Below, one piece after another: positions 63,439 through 64,000 of a DNA stretch of 64,000 nt. Every line of letters starts with the position of its first letter. Positions within the stretch are counted from its first letter, which is position 1. The DNA lies in the sequence record LC727695.1, one strand, 5' to 3'. The notes below the pieces were generated by a model. It searched no databases, had not been told where the DNA came from, and saw only the letters and a program-made list of their open reading frames with translations. The translations under genes were made by a program, and so were the position numbers.

Positions 63439-63481
63439 GGTTAATTCCCGTCCTATAACTATCTAATTGGACGGTCAAGTA

Positions 63482-63844
63482 TTAGCTACCAGTCCATGAA
63501 TACTTATCATAAACTAACCACATTGAATGGATCTTATTGATGATATTGAAAATAGGTTCTTGGACCTCTTCAAAATCACCTAGGTTAGCTGCCAGATTGG
63601 CCATGTATTGGAATAGCCACTCAATTGACACATCCACTAGATTGGTAAATGGGATACTGGCATATGGGATTTGCTTTGACATACCAAACTGATAAACCTT
63701 AGCAAACCATGCATCCAACATTGCAACATCTGCTTTAAGCATCCAATTAATTTCAGCAGGATGTGCGCCATAGGTGATGTTAAATAAATCACCAGTAACT
63801 GTTTTAACAAGCATTTCCACTTCAGTCGCATTAAATTCAATCAT
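63482..63844 (-). CDS. hypothetical protein
   Basis: 120 aa. Confidence 0.7.
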   Translation of the reverse strand: MIEFNATEVEMLVKTVTGDLFNITYGAHPAEINWMLKADVAMLDAWFAKVYQFGMSKQIPYASIPFTNLVDVSIEWLFQYMANLAANLGDFEEVQEPIFNIINKIHSMWLVYDKYSWTGS

Positions 63845-63845
63845 C

Positions 63846-63998
63846 TCAACCCACCTTTAGTTTACTGCAATATAGTCTAAACTTAAGAATATCCTCTACT
63901 AAGTTAGACCACAGGGTATACCTATTTCGTGATGCATTTACTTCTTCAATCTTAGCATTTATATTTTGGCGAAGAACTTTGTAATGCTGATACGCATT
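63846..63998 (-). CDS. 3' end of a gene entering from outside the window
   Basis: open frame ...NAYQHYKVLRQNINAK...KLKVG*. Confidence 0.5.
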   Translation of the reverse strand, partial: NAYQHYKVLRQNINAKIEEVNASRNRYTLWSNLVEDILKFRLYCSKLKVG

Positions 63999-64000
63999 AG

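Overview
A 64-kb piece of a nucleus-forming Pseudomonas jumbo phage of the phiKZ group (Phikzvirus). It reads in reverse relative to phiKZ gene numbering: roughly gp43 down to gp1, then gp306 downward. The identification rests on near-identical PhuZ tubulin, Dip, tail sheath/tube and terminase proteins recognised from memory; other gp numbers are inferred from gene order. Layout: 1-11 kb PhuZ/Dip/head genes; 11-22 kb tail tube, sheath, baseplate and terminase; 22-35 kb a minus-strand block of small early genes behind repeated vRNAP promoters, including DHFR; 35-41 kb nrdAB and a head protein; 42-49 kb a tRNA cluster; 49-64 kb minus-strand accessory genes. Most striking observation: a second tRNA-Asn gene is split at position 37/38 of its anticodon loop by a 774-bp insert. 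The insert carries a complete long-variable-arm (Tyr-scaffold) tRNA with an Asn anticodon, a perfect palindrome/terminator and an HNH endonuclease with a homopolymer frameshift. Several intergenic regions also fold into dense multi-helix structures and are candidate non-coding RNAs, notably upstream of nrdA and one with C-rich anti-Shine-Dalgarno loops. All folds and family assignments were made by eye and need computational confirmation.
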